DNA from: Malacoraja senta | Lineage: Eukaryota | Assembly (NCBI GenBank): GCA_038087875.1 | Contig: CM075989.1 | Coordinates: 15,936,001-16,000,000 of the forward strand | Length of the DNA stretch: 64,000 bases | Reading direction: 5' to 3' | Part shown: piece after piece, positions 1-13,309 of the stretch | Layout of the letters: every line of letters starts with the position of its first letter | Numbering within the stretch: the first letter of the stretch is position 1 | Position numbers and translations under genes: made by a program | Notes under the pieces: generated by a model | What the model was told of the DNA's origin: nothing | Databases searched by the model: none | The model's input: only the letters and a program-made list of their open reading frames with translations

Positions 1-443
1 GACTGAGAGTCAAGAGAAAGAGAAACGAGAGACATAGACGGCGATGCAGAGAGATATCGAACAAATGAATGAAAGATGTGCAAAATGTAACGATGATAAA
101 GGCAACAGGCCGTTGTTAGCTGTGGCCCAGGTGAGAACACGTTACAATGAGACTCAACAAGACGGCTTTGAAGCGTGACAAGTGATATTATTTATTGAAC
201 GCTAGCAACTCCAACGAAACTCAGATCTACCTTGACTGCACCAGGAAGTTTGGGATTTGCTTTTTTTTTTACACAATATTGTTTTTTTTTAATATATTCA
301 ACCTTTTTTTCTGTTGGTTTTATTATATTATATATTGGGTATTGTGTCTACAAACCTGTTGTGCTGCTGTAAGTAATAATTTAATTGTTTCTTTTCGGTA
401 TATACAACAATAAAACACTCTTGACTTAAGTCTTGAAATTGAG

Positions 444-625
444 TAGGAAGGAACTGCAGATGCTGGTTTACACTGAAGATAAACACAAAAAGCTGGAGTA
501 ACTCAGCGGGTCAGGCAGCATTTCTGGAGAGAAGGAATCGGTGACGCTTCGGGTCGAGATCCTTCATCAGACCTTTCGCCAGAGATGCTGTCTGACCCGC
601 TGAGTTACTCCAGCTTTTGTGTCTA
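444..625. mobile_element. Fold-back Penelope-like pLTR mini-element
   Basis: Inverted pLTR arms with a degenerate hammerhead at 543-570 (-). 13-bp TSD TCTTGAAATTGAG at 431-443 and 626-638. Confidence 0.8.
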
Positions 626-929
626 TCTTGAAATTGAGACCTTTCAACCGTTTGTCCGCTGAATATCATAATATTTTTTCACAATATTCTTATTTGAAGA
701 TTTACTTTATACGCATTTATCAGTTGGCGAGTGTACCAAAAGTGTACAGTCATTTCTGCAATTACTGTTACTTTATTCCGAGTAAGGATGACTGCACCAC
801 TGACTCAGTTCGAACAGTCAGTCCCATTGTGTATCGCCGCAGGACCTTCCACAGTTGGGGTCTTGAACCTTGTACCTTCCGAAGAGTCCACCAGGGACTA
901 TACTGAATGTTGGACAATTTTATACTGGA

Positions 930-1110
930 CATTTTTTACATTTATCAAGCCATTTAATCAAGCCAATTAACCTATAAACTCGCGCGTCTTTGGAATGTGG
1001 GAGGAAACCGAAAATCTCGGAGAAAACCTACGCAGGTCACGGGAGAATGTACAAACTCCGTACAGACAGCGCCCGGTAGTCTGGATCAACTGCGCCCCCA
1101 TGACTGCCCT
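930..1110 (-). mobile_element. V-SINE fragment
   Basis: Central domain GTGGGAGGAAACCG..GGAGAAAACC..TACAAACTCCGTACAGACAGC. Confidence 0.7.
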
Positions 1111-1291
1111 CTGTGTCCACAACGGTTGACAACGGTCTGACTACAGTTATGTGGACACACGCTGACAGAATAACCCGGGGTCAGCTCGATCTCTTTCACA
1201 CTTCAGATGCCAGAGCGTCGTTCTCGGTCTGAAGATCAGCGCCGTGGATGGTCGACAACTCAAATTTGTAACTGTATAATTTAGACTATGG

Positions 1292-1481
1292 CGTGTAGGA
1301 AAGAACTGCAGATGCTGGTTTACATCGAAGATATACACAAAATGCTGGAGTAACTCAGCGGGACAGGCAGCATCTCTGGCATCAGTCTGAAGAAGGGTCT
1401 CGACTCGAAATGTCACCCATTCCTTCTCTCCGGAGATGCTGCCTGTCCCGCTGTGTTACTCCAGCATTTTGTGTCCATCTT
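1292..1481. mobile_element. Fold-back Penelope-like pLTR mini-element
   Basis: Inverted arms; hammerhead-like core starting at 1387 with CpG decay (GAAATGTC). Confidence 0.75.
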
Positions 1482-4400
1482 TAATCTTAGCTATCTGTGT
1501 GTTGGAGATCCGACTTCAGAGAGCGCAGTCCAATTTCGACACACGAGGAATAGCTGGCGATTGTGTATTTGTAAACAACAACTGAACAGGTATCGGAGGA
1601 AAAAACCCAACATGTGTTGAAATCAAGATGCCCCGAAAGTTAATTCCATAACTGGAATTAAGTCTGTAACATCAATCGTTCTCGTTTAGAAAATAAAACC
1701 TCATATATATTGTCAAGGCAATCCTTGATCCCTGGAGGACATCAAATTATTTCCTCAAAATCGTACATACTTACAGCAGGCAGGAAGGTGTGGTTGGAAA
1801 ATTCGTGTTTGGCAGGTTGGCTGCAAGTGCATATGGACCTGTGAGTGGAAGATGCAGTGGGTCAGGAGCCTGGGCTTTCCAGTCCCCTCCGCCCACCGTG
1901 GACTGGGAGCATTTACTGGAGATGAGCTTAACATGGAGGCTTGGGTTCAATGGGAAATAATTACACTGAAGAGTCAGTGGATGATGCTCCAATCTGATTC
2001 AGCCACTTCAACTGGTTTGCCTCTTTATCTTTGCTCTTAATATCAATGGCCCGGGTCTTCCACAGAGCAGCCTGCCATTCATTTGCACGCATCACCTCTC
2101 ACTAAACCCGTACTTAGCTGATGGTGACCTTCATCTGATGGAGACCTCTTAGATCTTTCCTACAAAAGCAACACAGTGGTCAGCTTCCCTGTTTCCTGTC
2201 AGGTGTGGGAATACTGTGCAGCTCTTCTCCCAGGTCTAGACCTTGAGATGTATAAACCAAAATCTCCAAGTCTATGAAGTTGGAGATTTGCCATAGTTTG
2301 ACTGCCCAAAATGCAACAACTCGCACTTATCTGCATTAAAATCCATCAACCATTCCTCAGCTCACTTGCCCAGCTGATCACGATCTTGCTGTAATTTCTG
2401 ATAATGATAACCATTTTCGCTTTCTACGATACCACCCACTTCAGTGTCATCCGCAAACGTACTAATCATGCATCGTACATTTTCACCTAAATGTTCCCAT
2501 TTTCACCCTTATTATTCCCTCTTTATTGTCCTCGTGACAAGACCCACAGTCCCTATAGTTGTTAACCCTTTTCAATTATATTTATGTTTGATGATCTATT
2601 TTCTTCTTTTAAAATTTCCTTTAAATCAGATTTTATAACAAGGTCTTAGTTCCTCATCGTACTTTTCTACTACAGTTGCGAGAAATACTTTGGAATGGCG
2701 TATTATTTCTGCTGACTTAAAAGTGAGATTCAAATAGCGATAAAATAAATGGCATTTAGGATCAGCTGTGCAAAGTGTTATCCTGGAGTCCAAGATCATT
2801 ATTGGTGCAATCAAGGCATTGGATGTAACCAGAAGCTCATCTGGTTAACAAACTAAATTATGTTAGGCAGGAGACGCCAGTAAGCTCATTGGGTCAAGCA
2901 GCCTCTATTGGGGGGAAAGGCAATGTATATGGTGGAATAGATATATACAGAAGACTAAATATCTCTAGCTGATCAAATTAGTGTTAATTATAACTATGAA
3001 GTTAGATTTTCAGATTTTTTTCATCATGAGAACAACATTCAACGAATAATAAAAGACACAAGCTGCTGGAAAAAGGCACATAGTTCCTTGTTTCTACAAA
3101 GTGCTGGAGTGGCTCGGCAGGTCAGGCAGAATCTCAGGGCTCCATGTTTTCCTGAAATGCTGACTGTCCCTCTGAGCTACTCCAGCACTTTCTGTCCTTT
3201 TTTTTGTAAACCAGCATCTGCAGTTCCTTGTTTCCACATTCAACTAATAATGCTTTGCTTTTTTTCTTGAACATCGGCAACGTTTGGAATCTGGGTCTCT
3301 TATTTTCTCATGGTTAATGATTGCTACATGATCTGTATCATCAGATGCCTTACATCATCCAGATTTTGTTGATAAGGCATAGGGGAAAGCAAATAGGATG
3401 AGTTTGTAGGCAGATTAGTGAGGTGTATATTTATGGCAGAGTTATAATTGTGGGTGGTTTCAGGTTAAAAATAGACTGCAATGAAGAAAGCATAAGTGAT
3501 AAGTTATTTATGCAGTATAAATCAACCACCCATCAATCTGTTGCTGCTTCATCAAGGAGTTTTTGGCTTGTTTTGGGATACAAGAACAAAGGGGCCTCTG
3601 TAAAGTAGGAAACAGATAAGTAGACACCACAACAGAATTAGGTTTAGTGCAAGTACAGAAACAAAGAAATATTAACTGCGGACATGGCTCCTTTACTGAA
3701 AAAAAAACAATGCAAGTGCACATAAATGGGAGTGACTGTGCAAAGATGAAATCTTTGGAAAAAAATATCAAATTCATTAGCAGCGGGAATTGTTAAAGAA
3801 GTTACAATTCAAATATATGCCAAATAAGGAATTCAGGGTTTCTGGAAATTCATAAATTACTTACGACAATAGAAAATTGATCAAAAATATATTTTTGCTG
3901 TGCACCAAGGCTACAGTGAGATCAGAGACAAGAGGTCCCAGCAGGACCTACACTGTGGACTGTGAGCGGGTTATTGGAAAGTAAGAGCAACTCGATGACA
4001 CTGCTGACACTGCATCACCTTGATGATCACCTCGAACATGTTGGTGGTAAATCACTGGCTAAATTTGATCTCCTTTTATTAATGGGATATTCTGAGGACA
4101 CTTTTCACATTGTCGGGTAGATGGCAGTGTTGCAGCTCTGTTGGAACATGACGAAATCCAGAGCACGTCTCCATGACACAGGCAAGAGGGTATTGAGATA
4201 TTCAATGTGTCCAGTCATTTCCCAACATCTTCTTCTTGCGTATGGCTTGCACAGCCTAAAGTTGTAGGACAACTTGTTCTATTTGATCTTATTTGATTGT
4301 GCACGCCAGGTTGATTGCATTCGTTGAAACGCGACGGTTGCAATCTCCCACCCCATCAGTTGGGATGAATCGAATTGGCTGAAAGCCGACTTTTGTGATG

Positions 4401-5239
4401 CTGGGAATCTCAAGAACAGCTCAGAGATAGTCTTTAATAGGCACTTCAAGCTGATGATATTGCAATAAGTACAGCCTTTTGTTCTTTAGCTTTCAATGTT
4501 TTTCCATTATTCACCAGTGAATGTGACAGGATAACCAGGCTTCGATGTGATCCTTTAGTTTTTAAGATTGCTTGGCCCATAAAAACAGCCGGATCCATTT
4601 GGTGTTGTGCACATGTGTACTTCTATGTTGTAGCTTCACTAGCTTGATTTTTCATTTACATTCCTCATGGAATCTGACTGGATGGAATATGGGATAAGAC
4701 AGTCCATGCTCGAGTGCAAATTGGCATCTGTCGATTGCCCAGACTAACTCATGGGTACCTAGTATTGAGCTGGTGACCTGTTCTGAATCTATCCTCTTTA
4801 ACACTGTGGAGAGTATTTGTAAAAGGGATACTTTCATCCCCAAAAGGACTGCTTGTTGATCATCCCAATCAATTCTTTCCATGTGTGGCAGGTAAGTTGG
4901 TGAGGACATGGTTTTCTCATTTTCCGCTCACCACTCACCAATAAGCCAGTCTGGTAACCTTGCCCTTTTGTTGAGTTAATGGTAATGATGCTAAGCCACA
5001 CTTGGTGTTGGACTTTGTGGTTTTTCACTTGTTGTTTTCAGTGCTCCTTCCAAAGCACGGTTGCTTCAATCATTGAGTAGCACTTGTTCATCAGTCTAGT
5101 CAAGACAGTTCAAGTTCAAGTTCAAGTTACACTTATTGTCACACGCTCCAATTGGTACAGTGATATTTGAGATACCACACAGCCGTACGAATAAAAAAGA
5201 ACACAATACACGATAGGTATAGGTATAGAAGATATAGAT

Positions 5240-6107
5240 AAAAAGCCGGTAGGCAGCGCGACCCACGTCGCAGCGGCCTCTGCAGTCCGTCTGTCTTTTT
5301 TTATTTTTTTGTCTCGTTTGAGTGTCGTGTGTAGTGTATAGTGTTTTTTTTTTTAACTGGGTACGTGTGGGGGGTGGGTGGGGAAATTAAAAAAAAATCC
5401 TTTCCCTGTATGGAGGACCCGACCTTTCTCTGTCAGGTCTCCGTTGTCGTTGGGGCCTAGCACCGTGAAGAGGCCTCCAACCAGAACGACCTGGGGCTCC
5501 AGTCGCGGAGCCTGCGGGCTACTCACCATCATGGAGCTGGCCGAGTTCGGAGCATGGAGAGCTGTGGTGGCGCGCTGCTGCGGCCCGACCCCGGAGATTC
5601 GGAGGCTCCAGCCGCAGGTCTGGTGGACGGTGACATCGGGAGCTCGCGGGTCCCTGGTGGGAGACCGCTTTTCGGAGCTCCCGCAACGGCAGCTACTCCC
5701 GCCCGAGTTGCGGGGTTGAAGATGACCTGGAGCGGGGTCTTACATCGCCCGGCGCGGCTTTAATGGCCGCAGGACTTGCTAGCGCCCGCCGGGGGCTCCA
5801 ACATCAAGACCCGGAGCGCGCCCTTGCATCACCCGGCGCGGCCTGAATGGCCGCGGGACTTACTTACCATCGCCCGCTGGGGGCTTTGACTTTGACATCG
5901 GGAGGAGAATGGGGAGTGCAGGGGAGAGACAAGACTTTGCCTTCCATCACAGTGAGGAGGAGATTCACTGTGATGGATGTTTGTGTAAATTGTGTTGTGT
6001 CTTGGTTCTTTTCTTGTTGTATGACTGCAGAAACCAAATTTCGTTTGAACTTCATTTGAGGTCCAAATGATAATAAACGGTATTGTATTGTATTGTATTG
6101 TATTGTA
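5240..6107 (+). mobile_element. GC-rich non-autonomous retroelement with AATAAA and (TATTG)n tail
   Basis: Shares the 5' GCCTCTGC..CAGTC.GT.TGT..poly-T motif and the 3' CCTTCC.TCACAGTG..GGATGT.TGTGT..AATAAA motif with 30686-31539. Internal duplication of about 85 bp. Nested in an antiparallel relative (5100-5217 plus 6108-6140). Confidence 0.7.
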
Positions 6108-8199
6108 TAGAGTTTAACATAAACATCCCCACAGCAGGTGGTAAACACCACCTTTACCTTGTCCACATGGATTCTAGTGTCTACACTGATGACTTCCAAG
6201 GCCACTGTCTACCCAGTGCAACCAACTGGGCTGTCAGCTGCTTTCTCTGTCCTGCTGAAGGATCAGGACACGGCCAGCAAAAGTGATGGGACATTGGCCA
6301 AAAGATATTGGTGAGGTTGTTACTTGCCTGTTGCCCCGTTGAATGATGGCACAAATCACTGACGTTCATGAGGGGGATTTTGCAGGTCAGTTGGACAGAA
6401 TATCTTTTTGTCTCAGTTAAATCCAGACCCTAACCAATGCAGGGTTGCCAGGTGAGTTTATTCTGACTAATTGAAGCTGCAGAAGCTGGTTTACCAAAGA
6501 AGACCCGGAATGCTGGAGAACCTCAGCGGGTCAGGCATCATTTCAGGAGAACATGGATAGATGATGTTTCACATTGGGACCCTTCTTCAGTTGCCTATTA
6601 TTGTTCTCCTGAGATGCTCTCTGACCCACTGTGCTGTTCCAACACTCTGTATCGAATCTTTAGTAGCTTGATACAATTCAATGGTCATTTCACCATGTCC
6701 CCCGATCATACTAGTCCAGTAACATTACCACTACACTACTGTACGTAACGTTGTAGCATCTTTTTCGTTATCATTCTCTACCAGCATTGAGCTATCTCAC
6801 TGCATCACCATATTTCACCAATATCGCTACATTTTACAACATAAAGCCTATTTCTTCTTTCCACTGTTGCCTTGTGTGGTTCTAACTCATGCTTTCCAAC
6901 CTACTTCAACTCCCACCACTGTTTTTGCAGATAGAAATCTTCAGACATAATCAAAGCTGGGGAGGGCGACATTACATGACATAAAGAGAGGAGTGTTACA
7001 ACATTGCGATCATAGCAATCTGTTGTAAAACAGTCGTTCGATAGCAAGGGAAGGTTTTACAAGGAAATACCACTTGATTTGTAGCTTTATGATATTGTCT
7101 TGTAAAGATGTCCGAAGCAGGTTTCTCCAAATATAGTGAATTGCTTTTCTGTATGTATTGTAATAACATCATTTCTATATATACAAAAGGTGGAATTACA
7201 GCCAACATTTGGAAAGTTGCACTAATAAAAGGTAATCCTCCAAGTTTTCCACATGCAATTAGTGTACAGTCCAAGGTAGAGTTCAAGCGAGCAGTCGCTT
7301 GTCTCAATAGTAATGGCACATGCTGGAAGTTAATGTGTCTGTTGAGTTATCACTGGAATGTTTTTCAAACCATTGTGAGTTTCCAAGCACCAGTTGCATT
7401 GCATAAAAAATGCCATAAGCACCAATCCTTTACTATAAAAAGGTTTGATTCTAATTGAATTTGTTACTTGATTTATTTTAATGTTAATAATGTGACCTCC
7501 CACATAAAACCGACAGTTTTATGAAACTTCCTCTTTGACCTTGCTCTTGGGCCAGAACCATGCCACATAATTGATATCATGCTACAGCTTAATTCTATAG
7601 CCGCCGTGAATCTAAAAATCCCACTGACCGTGGCGAAAATTAAGCTGAATTATGGCCGAATATAAAATGGAAAAATGACTTTCTGGAAGTTTCTACATAA
7701 GAATAGACACCAAGGGCTGGATATATGTTTTAAAACTAATTTACAGTGCAATAGTGGAACTCATATTTGTTTCCCTTGCATCCTCTACACTCTGCGACTT
7801 GTTTTGGATAAATTACCATCCCCAGTCTCTGTCATTTAAATCAGCTGAAGTAGGCAGTTACTAGAATATAGCAATCTGCAATTAATAAAACAATTGCATT
7901 AATATTAGCCAGCACGGTGAGATTGTAGAGTAGTCAGTGAAATTCTTACCTCCATCATAATACAAGTTTAGACTCAACAATGCTGTGTTCATTTACAACG
8001 TATAAAACCTATTACTCTGAATCTGAATTTCAAATTGTCAATTGATTATGATCCTATCAATTGATTGATCAGGTGTTACATGGTTGCTTCTATTTCTGAA
8101 GCTAAATTCACACCTACATGGCATATAGTCTGAACCTGGTGTATTGAGACCATAAGGATAGACAGAATATGGAATATAAAACATAGAATTTAGAAAACA

Positions 8200-8665
8200 A
8201 AGGTAGAAACATAGAAAACATTGATCAATATCCCTCCTGGGATAAATAAAGTTCTATCGTATTGTATCAAATAGAACAGAAAGACTCCCTTCAGCCCACC
8301 ATGTCTGTGCTATTCAGGATGCCAATTTAAACGTATCCCATCTGCCTGTACATGGTCCATGGCCCTCTATTCTCTCCCTGTTCATGTGCTGTTCTAAATG
8401 ACACTTAAATGTTGCTATGGTATCTGCTTCCACCACCTCCCCTGGCTCTGCATTCCAGACACCTACCATGCTCTGTGTAAAAACTTGTCTCGTAAATCTC
8501 CCTTAAACTTCCCCCCTCTCATTGAAAATCTATGTCCTCTAGTATTCGACATTTCCACCCTGGGAAAAAAAACCTCCGACTGTCTATGCTGTATATGCCT
8601 CTCATAATTTTATAAACTTCTACCAGCTCACCCCTCAGCCTCTGACACTCCAAAGAAAAGCACCC
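8200..8665 (-). mobile_element. CR1-clade LINE 3' fragment (old)
   Basis: RLRGELVEVYKIMRG remnant and CR1 3'UTR. Confidence 0.8.
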
Positions 8666-8798
8666 GTAATAGAATAGAGTTTTACCGGCTCTCCCACTTG
8701 GTACATTACACATGCTGAGTAAGCAATTGCAGCAGTGATGTGCACAACATTTATGTGAATACGAAGGCATGAACACATCTGAAAAGCCAATTTTGCAA

Positions 8799-9118
8799 GT
8801 TTAGTTTGGTTTAAATTAGAGATACAGCACAGAAACAGACCCTTTGACTCACCGAATCCGCACCGATCAGCGATCCCCGCATATTAATACTACCATACAC
8901 ACACTCAGGACAATTGTTTACATTTATACCAAGCCAATTAACCTACAAACCTGTACGTCTGTGGAATGTGGGAGGAAACTGAAGATCTTGGAGAAAACCC
9001 ACGCAGGTCAGGAGGAGAACGTACAAACTCCATACAGACAAGCAGCCGTAGTCAGGATCCAACCCGGGTCCCTGGCACTGTAAGGCAGTCGGTCCACCGC
9101 TATGCCACCGTGCCGCCA
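8799..9118 (-). mobile_element. tRNA-derived V-SINE (HE1-like)
   Basis: tRNA-like head with A/B boxes, central GGTTTTCTCC..TTTCCTCCCAC domain, CR1-like tail with (TAAAC)n. Confidence 0.85.
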
Positions 9119-9254
9119 CATGAATTCCACAAATTCAATAGATTTCTACATTTACACTTCAACCCAAAAAGCTTAAGTTAGAAATGGACTGTGAAAAAAA
9201 AAAATCACTGTTCTGACACAACACATTCTACCAACATGCCTGAATTCAGAGTGA

Positions 9255-10560
9255 AACATAGAAACATAGAAAATAGGTGCAGGGGTAGGGGTAGGCCATT
9301 CGGCCCTTTGAGCCTGCACCGCCATTCAATATGATCATGGCTGATCATCCAACTCAGTATCCTGTACCTGCCTTCTCTCCATACCCGCAAGGGCCACATC
9401 TAACTCTTAAATATAGCCAATGAACTGGCCTCAACTACCTTCTGTGGCAGTGAATTCCAGAGATTCACCACTCTCTGTGTGAAAAATGTTTTTCTCATCT
9501 CGGTCCTAAAAGATTTTCCCCTTATCTTAAACTGTGACCCCTTGTTCTGGACTTCCCCAACATCGGGAACAATCTTCCTGCATCTAGCCTGTCCAACCCC
9601 TTAAGAATTTTGTAAGTTTCTATAAGATCCCCCCTCAATCTTCTAAATTCTAGCGAGTACAAGCCAAGTCTATCCAGTCTTTCTTCATATGAAAGTCCTG
9701 ACATCCCAGGAATCAGTTTGGTGAACCTTCTCTGTACTCCCTCTATGGCAAGAATGTCTTACCTCAGATTAGGAGACCAAAACTGTACGCAATACTCCAG
9801 GTGTGGTCTCACCAAGACCCTGTACAACTGCAGTAGAACCTCCCTGCTCTTATACTCAAATCCTTTTGCTATGAATGCTAACATACCATTTGCTTTCTTC
9901 ACTGCCTGCTGCACCTGCATGCCTACTTTCAATGACTGGTGTACCACGACACCCAGGCCTCGTTACATCTCCCCTTTTCCTAATCGTCCACCATTCAGAT
10001 AATAGTCTACTTTCCTGTTTTTGCCACCAAAGTGGATAACCTCACATTTATCCACATTATACTGCATCTGCCATGCATTTGCCCACTCACCCAGCCTATC
10101 CAAGTCACCTTGCAGCCTCCTAGCATCCTCCTCACAGCTAACACTGCACCCCAGCTTCGTGTCATCCGCAAACTTGGAGATGTTGCATTCAATTCCCTCG
10201 TCCAAATCATTAATATATATTGTAAATAGCTGGGGTCCCAGCACTGAGCCTTGCGGTACCCCACTAGTCACTGCCTGCCATTCTGAAAAGGACCTGTTTA
10301 CTCCTACTCTTTGCTTCCTGTCTGCCAGCCAGTTCTCTATCCACATCAATACTGAACCCCCAATACCATGTGATTTAAGTTTGTATACTAATGTCTTATG
10401 TGGGACCTTGTCGAAAGCCTTCTGAAAGTCCAGATATAACACATCCACTGGTTCTCCCTTATCCACTCTACTAGTTACATCCTCGAAAAATTCTATAAGA
10501 TTCGTCAGACATGATTTACCTTTCATAAATCCATGCTGACTTTATCCAATGATTTCACCA
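9255..10560 (-). mobile_element. CR1-clade LINE, 5'-truncated
   Basis: RT motifs YLDFQKAFDKVPH, GVPQGSVLGP, KFADDTK and [13 protein letters not shown]; (TTTCTATG)n tail. Confidence 0.95.
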
Positions 10561-10829
10561 GAATGAATGAAGATGTACTGTGCCTGCCTATGCCAGAATG
10601 TATGCAAGCCCAGCCAATGGAGCAGTTTTTATTCCCGTACCTAAAATCACATGACATTCGGAGCACTAACGTGACTCTGCGGCTAACTTTGGGAGAAACC
10701 GTTTGTATTTCAATGAGAAGGTGCCAGTTAAACTAGGTACACAATGGCTGTCTGGGAGCAGAAGCTATGTATTTATATAGCATCATTCCTGGCCCCAAAG
10801 CATTTCAAAGGTGCTCTACAGCCGATCCA

Positions 10830-12792
10830 TAGCTGGGATCAAGTGTAACCCTGGAGGAGTTTCGGGAACTAAGGAGTAAACTAAAAAAGGAGATCAGAAG
10901 GGTAAAAAGGGGCCAGGAGATAGCTCTGGCAGGTAGCATTAAGGCCAATCCCAAAAGATTTAATAAGTACATAAGGGGCAAATGGATAACTAGAGAGAGA
11001 GTGGGACATCTCAGGAATCAAAGCTGTCACTGTGTGGAGCTACAGGAGATGGGCAAGGTCCTAAATGAGTATTTCTTCTCTGTATTTACCGAGGAGAAAG
11101 ACAGTAGGACGGAGGAAATTGGAGCAGTCACTGGAAGTGTCTTGAGAGCAGTCAGGGTTACTGTCGAAGAAGTACTGAGGGTACTGTCGTGTTTGAAGAT
11201 AACAAATCTCCAGGGCCTGATCAGATATATCCGAGGAAATTGCGGAAACTAGAGAGGAAATTGCGGGAGACTTGGTTGAAATTTACGAGTCGTCCTCAAA
11301 TACAGGAGAGGTGCTGGAAGACTGGAGGGTGGCAAATGTTGTGCCTCTTTTCAAGAAGGGCTGCAGGGAAAATTCTGGTGAGCTTAACATCTGTAGTTGG
11401 TAAGTTACTGGAGAGTATTCTGAGGGATAGGATATACAGGCATTTGGATGGGCAAGGGCTGATTAGGGACATTCAGCATGGTTTTGTACGTGGGAGGTCG
11501 TGTCTCATAAATCTGATGGCTTTTTTTGAAGACGTGGCCAAATAGGTTGATGAGGGCAGAGCTGTAGATGTTGTGTACATGGACTTCAGTAAGGCATTCA
11601 ACAAGGTTCTGCATGGTAGGCTGCTCTGGATTCAAGATTCAAGATTCAAGAGAGGTTACATCACATGGGATCCAAGGAGAGATAGCTGAATGGATAGCAA
11701 ATTGGCTCCATGGAAGGAAGCAGAGGGTGATGGTGGAAGGTTGCTTCTCAGACTGGAGGCCTGTGACTAGTGGTGTGCCTCAGGATTCGGTGCTGGGCCC
11801 GTTACTGTTTGTCACCTACATCAATGATTTGGATGAGAACATACAGGGCAAGATTAGTAAGTTTGTTGATGATACAAAAGTGAGTGGTTTTGCAGATAGT
11901 GAAGATGGTTGTGAACAATTGCAGCAGGATCTGGATCAATTTGCCATGTGGTCGGAGGAATGGATGATGGAATTTAATACAGAGAAGTGTGAGGTGTTGC
12001 ATTTTGGGATGTCGAACAAGGGCAGGACCTACACAATAAATGGTAGGCCTCTGGGTAGTGTTGTAGAGCGGAGGGATCTAGGAGTAAAGGTGCATGGTTC
12101 ATTGAAGGTCGAGTCGCAGGTAGATAAGGTGGTCAAAAAGGCTTTTGGCATTTTGGCTTTCATCAGTCAGAGTATTGAGTACAGAAGTTGGGAGGACATT
12201 TTGCGGTTGTATAAGAAGTTGGTGAGACAGCATTTAGAATATTGTGTTCAGTTCTGGGCACCATGTTATAGGAAAGATATTGTCAAGCTTGAAAGGGTTC
12301 AGAAAAGATTTACGAGGATGTTGCCAGGACTAGAGGGTGTGAGCTATAGGGAAAGGTTGAGTAGGCTGGGGCTCTATTCCATGGAGCGCAGGAGGATGAG
12401 GGGAGATCTTATAGAGGTGTACAAAATCATGAGAGGAATTGATTGGGTAGATGCACAGTCTTTTGCCCAGAGTAGGGGAATCGAGGACCAGAGGACATAG
12501 GTTTAAGGTGAAGGGGAAAAGATTTAATGGGAATCCGAGGGGTAACCTTTTCACACAAAGGGTGGTGGGTGTATGGAACAAGCTGCCAGATGAGGTAGTT
12601 GGGGCTGGGACTATCCCATTGTTTGAGAAACAGTTAGTCAGGTACATGGATAGGACAGATTTGGAGGGATATGGACCAAGTGCAGACAAGTGGGACTAGG
12701 GTAGCTGGGACACTGTTGGCCGGTGTGGGCGAGTTGGGCCAAAGGGCCTGTTTCCACACAGTATCACTCTATGACTCCCTAAGACTCTATGA
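10830..12792 (+). mobile_element. CR1-clade LINE, 5'-truncated
   Basis: KSPGPDQIYPR, QHGFV.GRSCL, GVPQDSVLGP, KFVDDTK and HLEYCVQFW; frameshifted; (ACTCTATG)n tail. Confidence 0.95.
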
Positions 12793-13153
12793 TAAGCAGC
12801 CACTACAGACGTGGCCCTGACTAATGTAACGGTTGTGTCCCGCAGAGCCTTGCAAAAGTCGGATGTTAGGTAACTCAGAAAGGAAGTGCCACTGTGCACA
12901 CGTAGATTTTCTACCCGAAGACTATGTGGGAGCTCTGACGCAGGGACCACGGGGAGCTCTGATGTGGAGATCATGGGCGAGCTCCGACACCAAGATGATG
13001 TGGTCATCAGTGGGCTTAAAGAATTGCCACAAAAGTGTGAATTTATGTGAGTCGCCTATTACGTAAGTCGGGGAATGCCTGAATAATAGAATGTAAATAG
13101 AAGCAGGAGTGACTTATTTGCCCCCTCATGCCTGCTCCACCATTCACTAAGAT

Positions 13154-13309
13154 AGACGCGAAAAGCTGGAGTAACTCAGCGGGGCAGGCAGCATTTCTGT
13201 AGAGAAGAAACGTCACCCATTCCTTTTCTCCAGAGATGCTGTTGTCCCGCTGAGTTACTCGAGCTTTTAGTGTCTATCTTCGATTTAAACCAACATCTGC
13301 AGTTCCTTC
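13154..13309. mobile_element. Fold-back Penelope-like pLTR mini-element inside a CR1 tail
   Basis: Inverted arms; 17-bp TSD CCACCATTCACTAAGAT at 13137-13153 and 13310-13326. Confidence 0.82.

Noticed and set aside
5378..5763. GC-rich ORFs (also 30868-31428 and 47545-48232)
   Set aside because: Stop-poor frames within GC-rich repeats; no domains and no splice support.
11568..12500. 310-aa ORF (and the 304-aa ORF at 56769-57683) as host genes
   Set aside because: These are frameshifted, 5'-truncated CR1 reverse transcriptase fragments.
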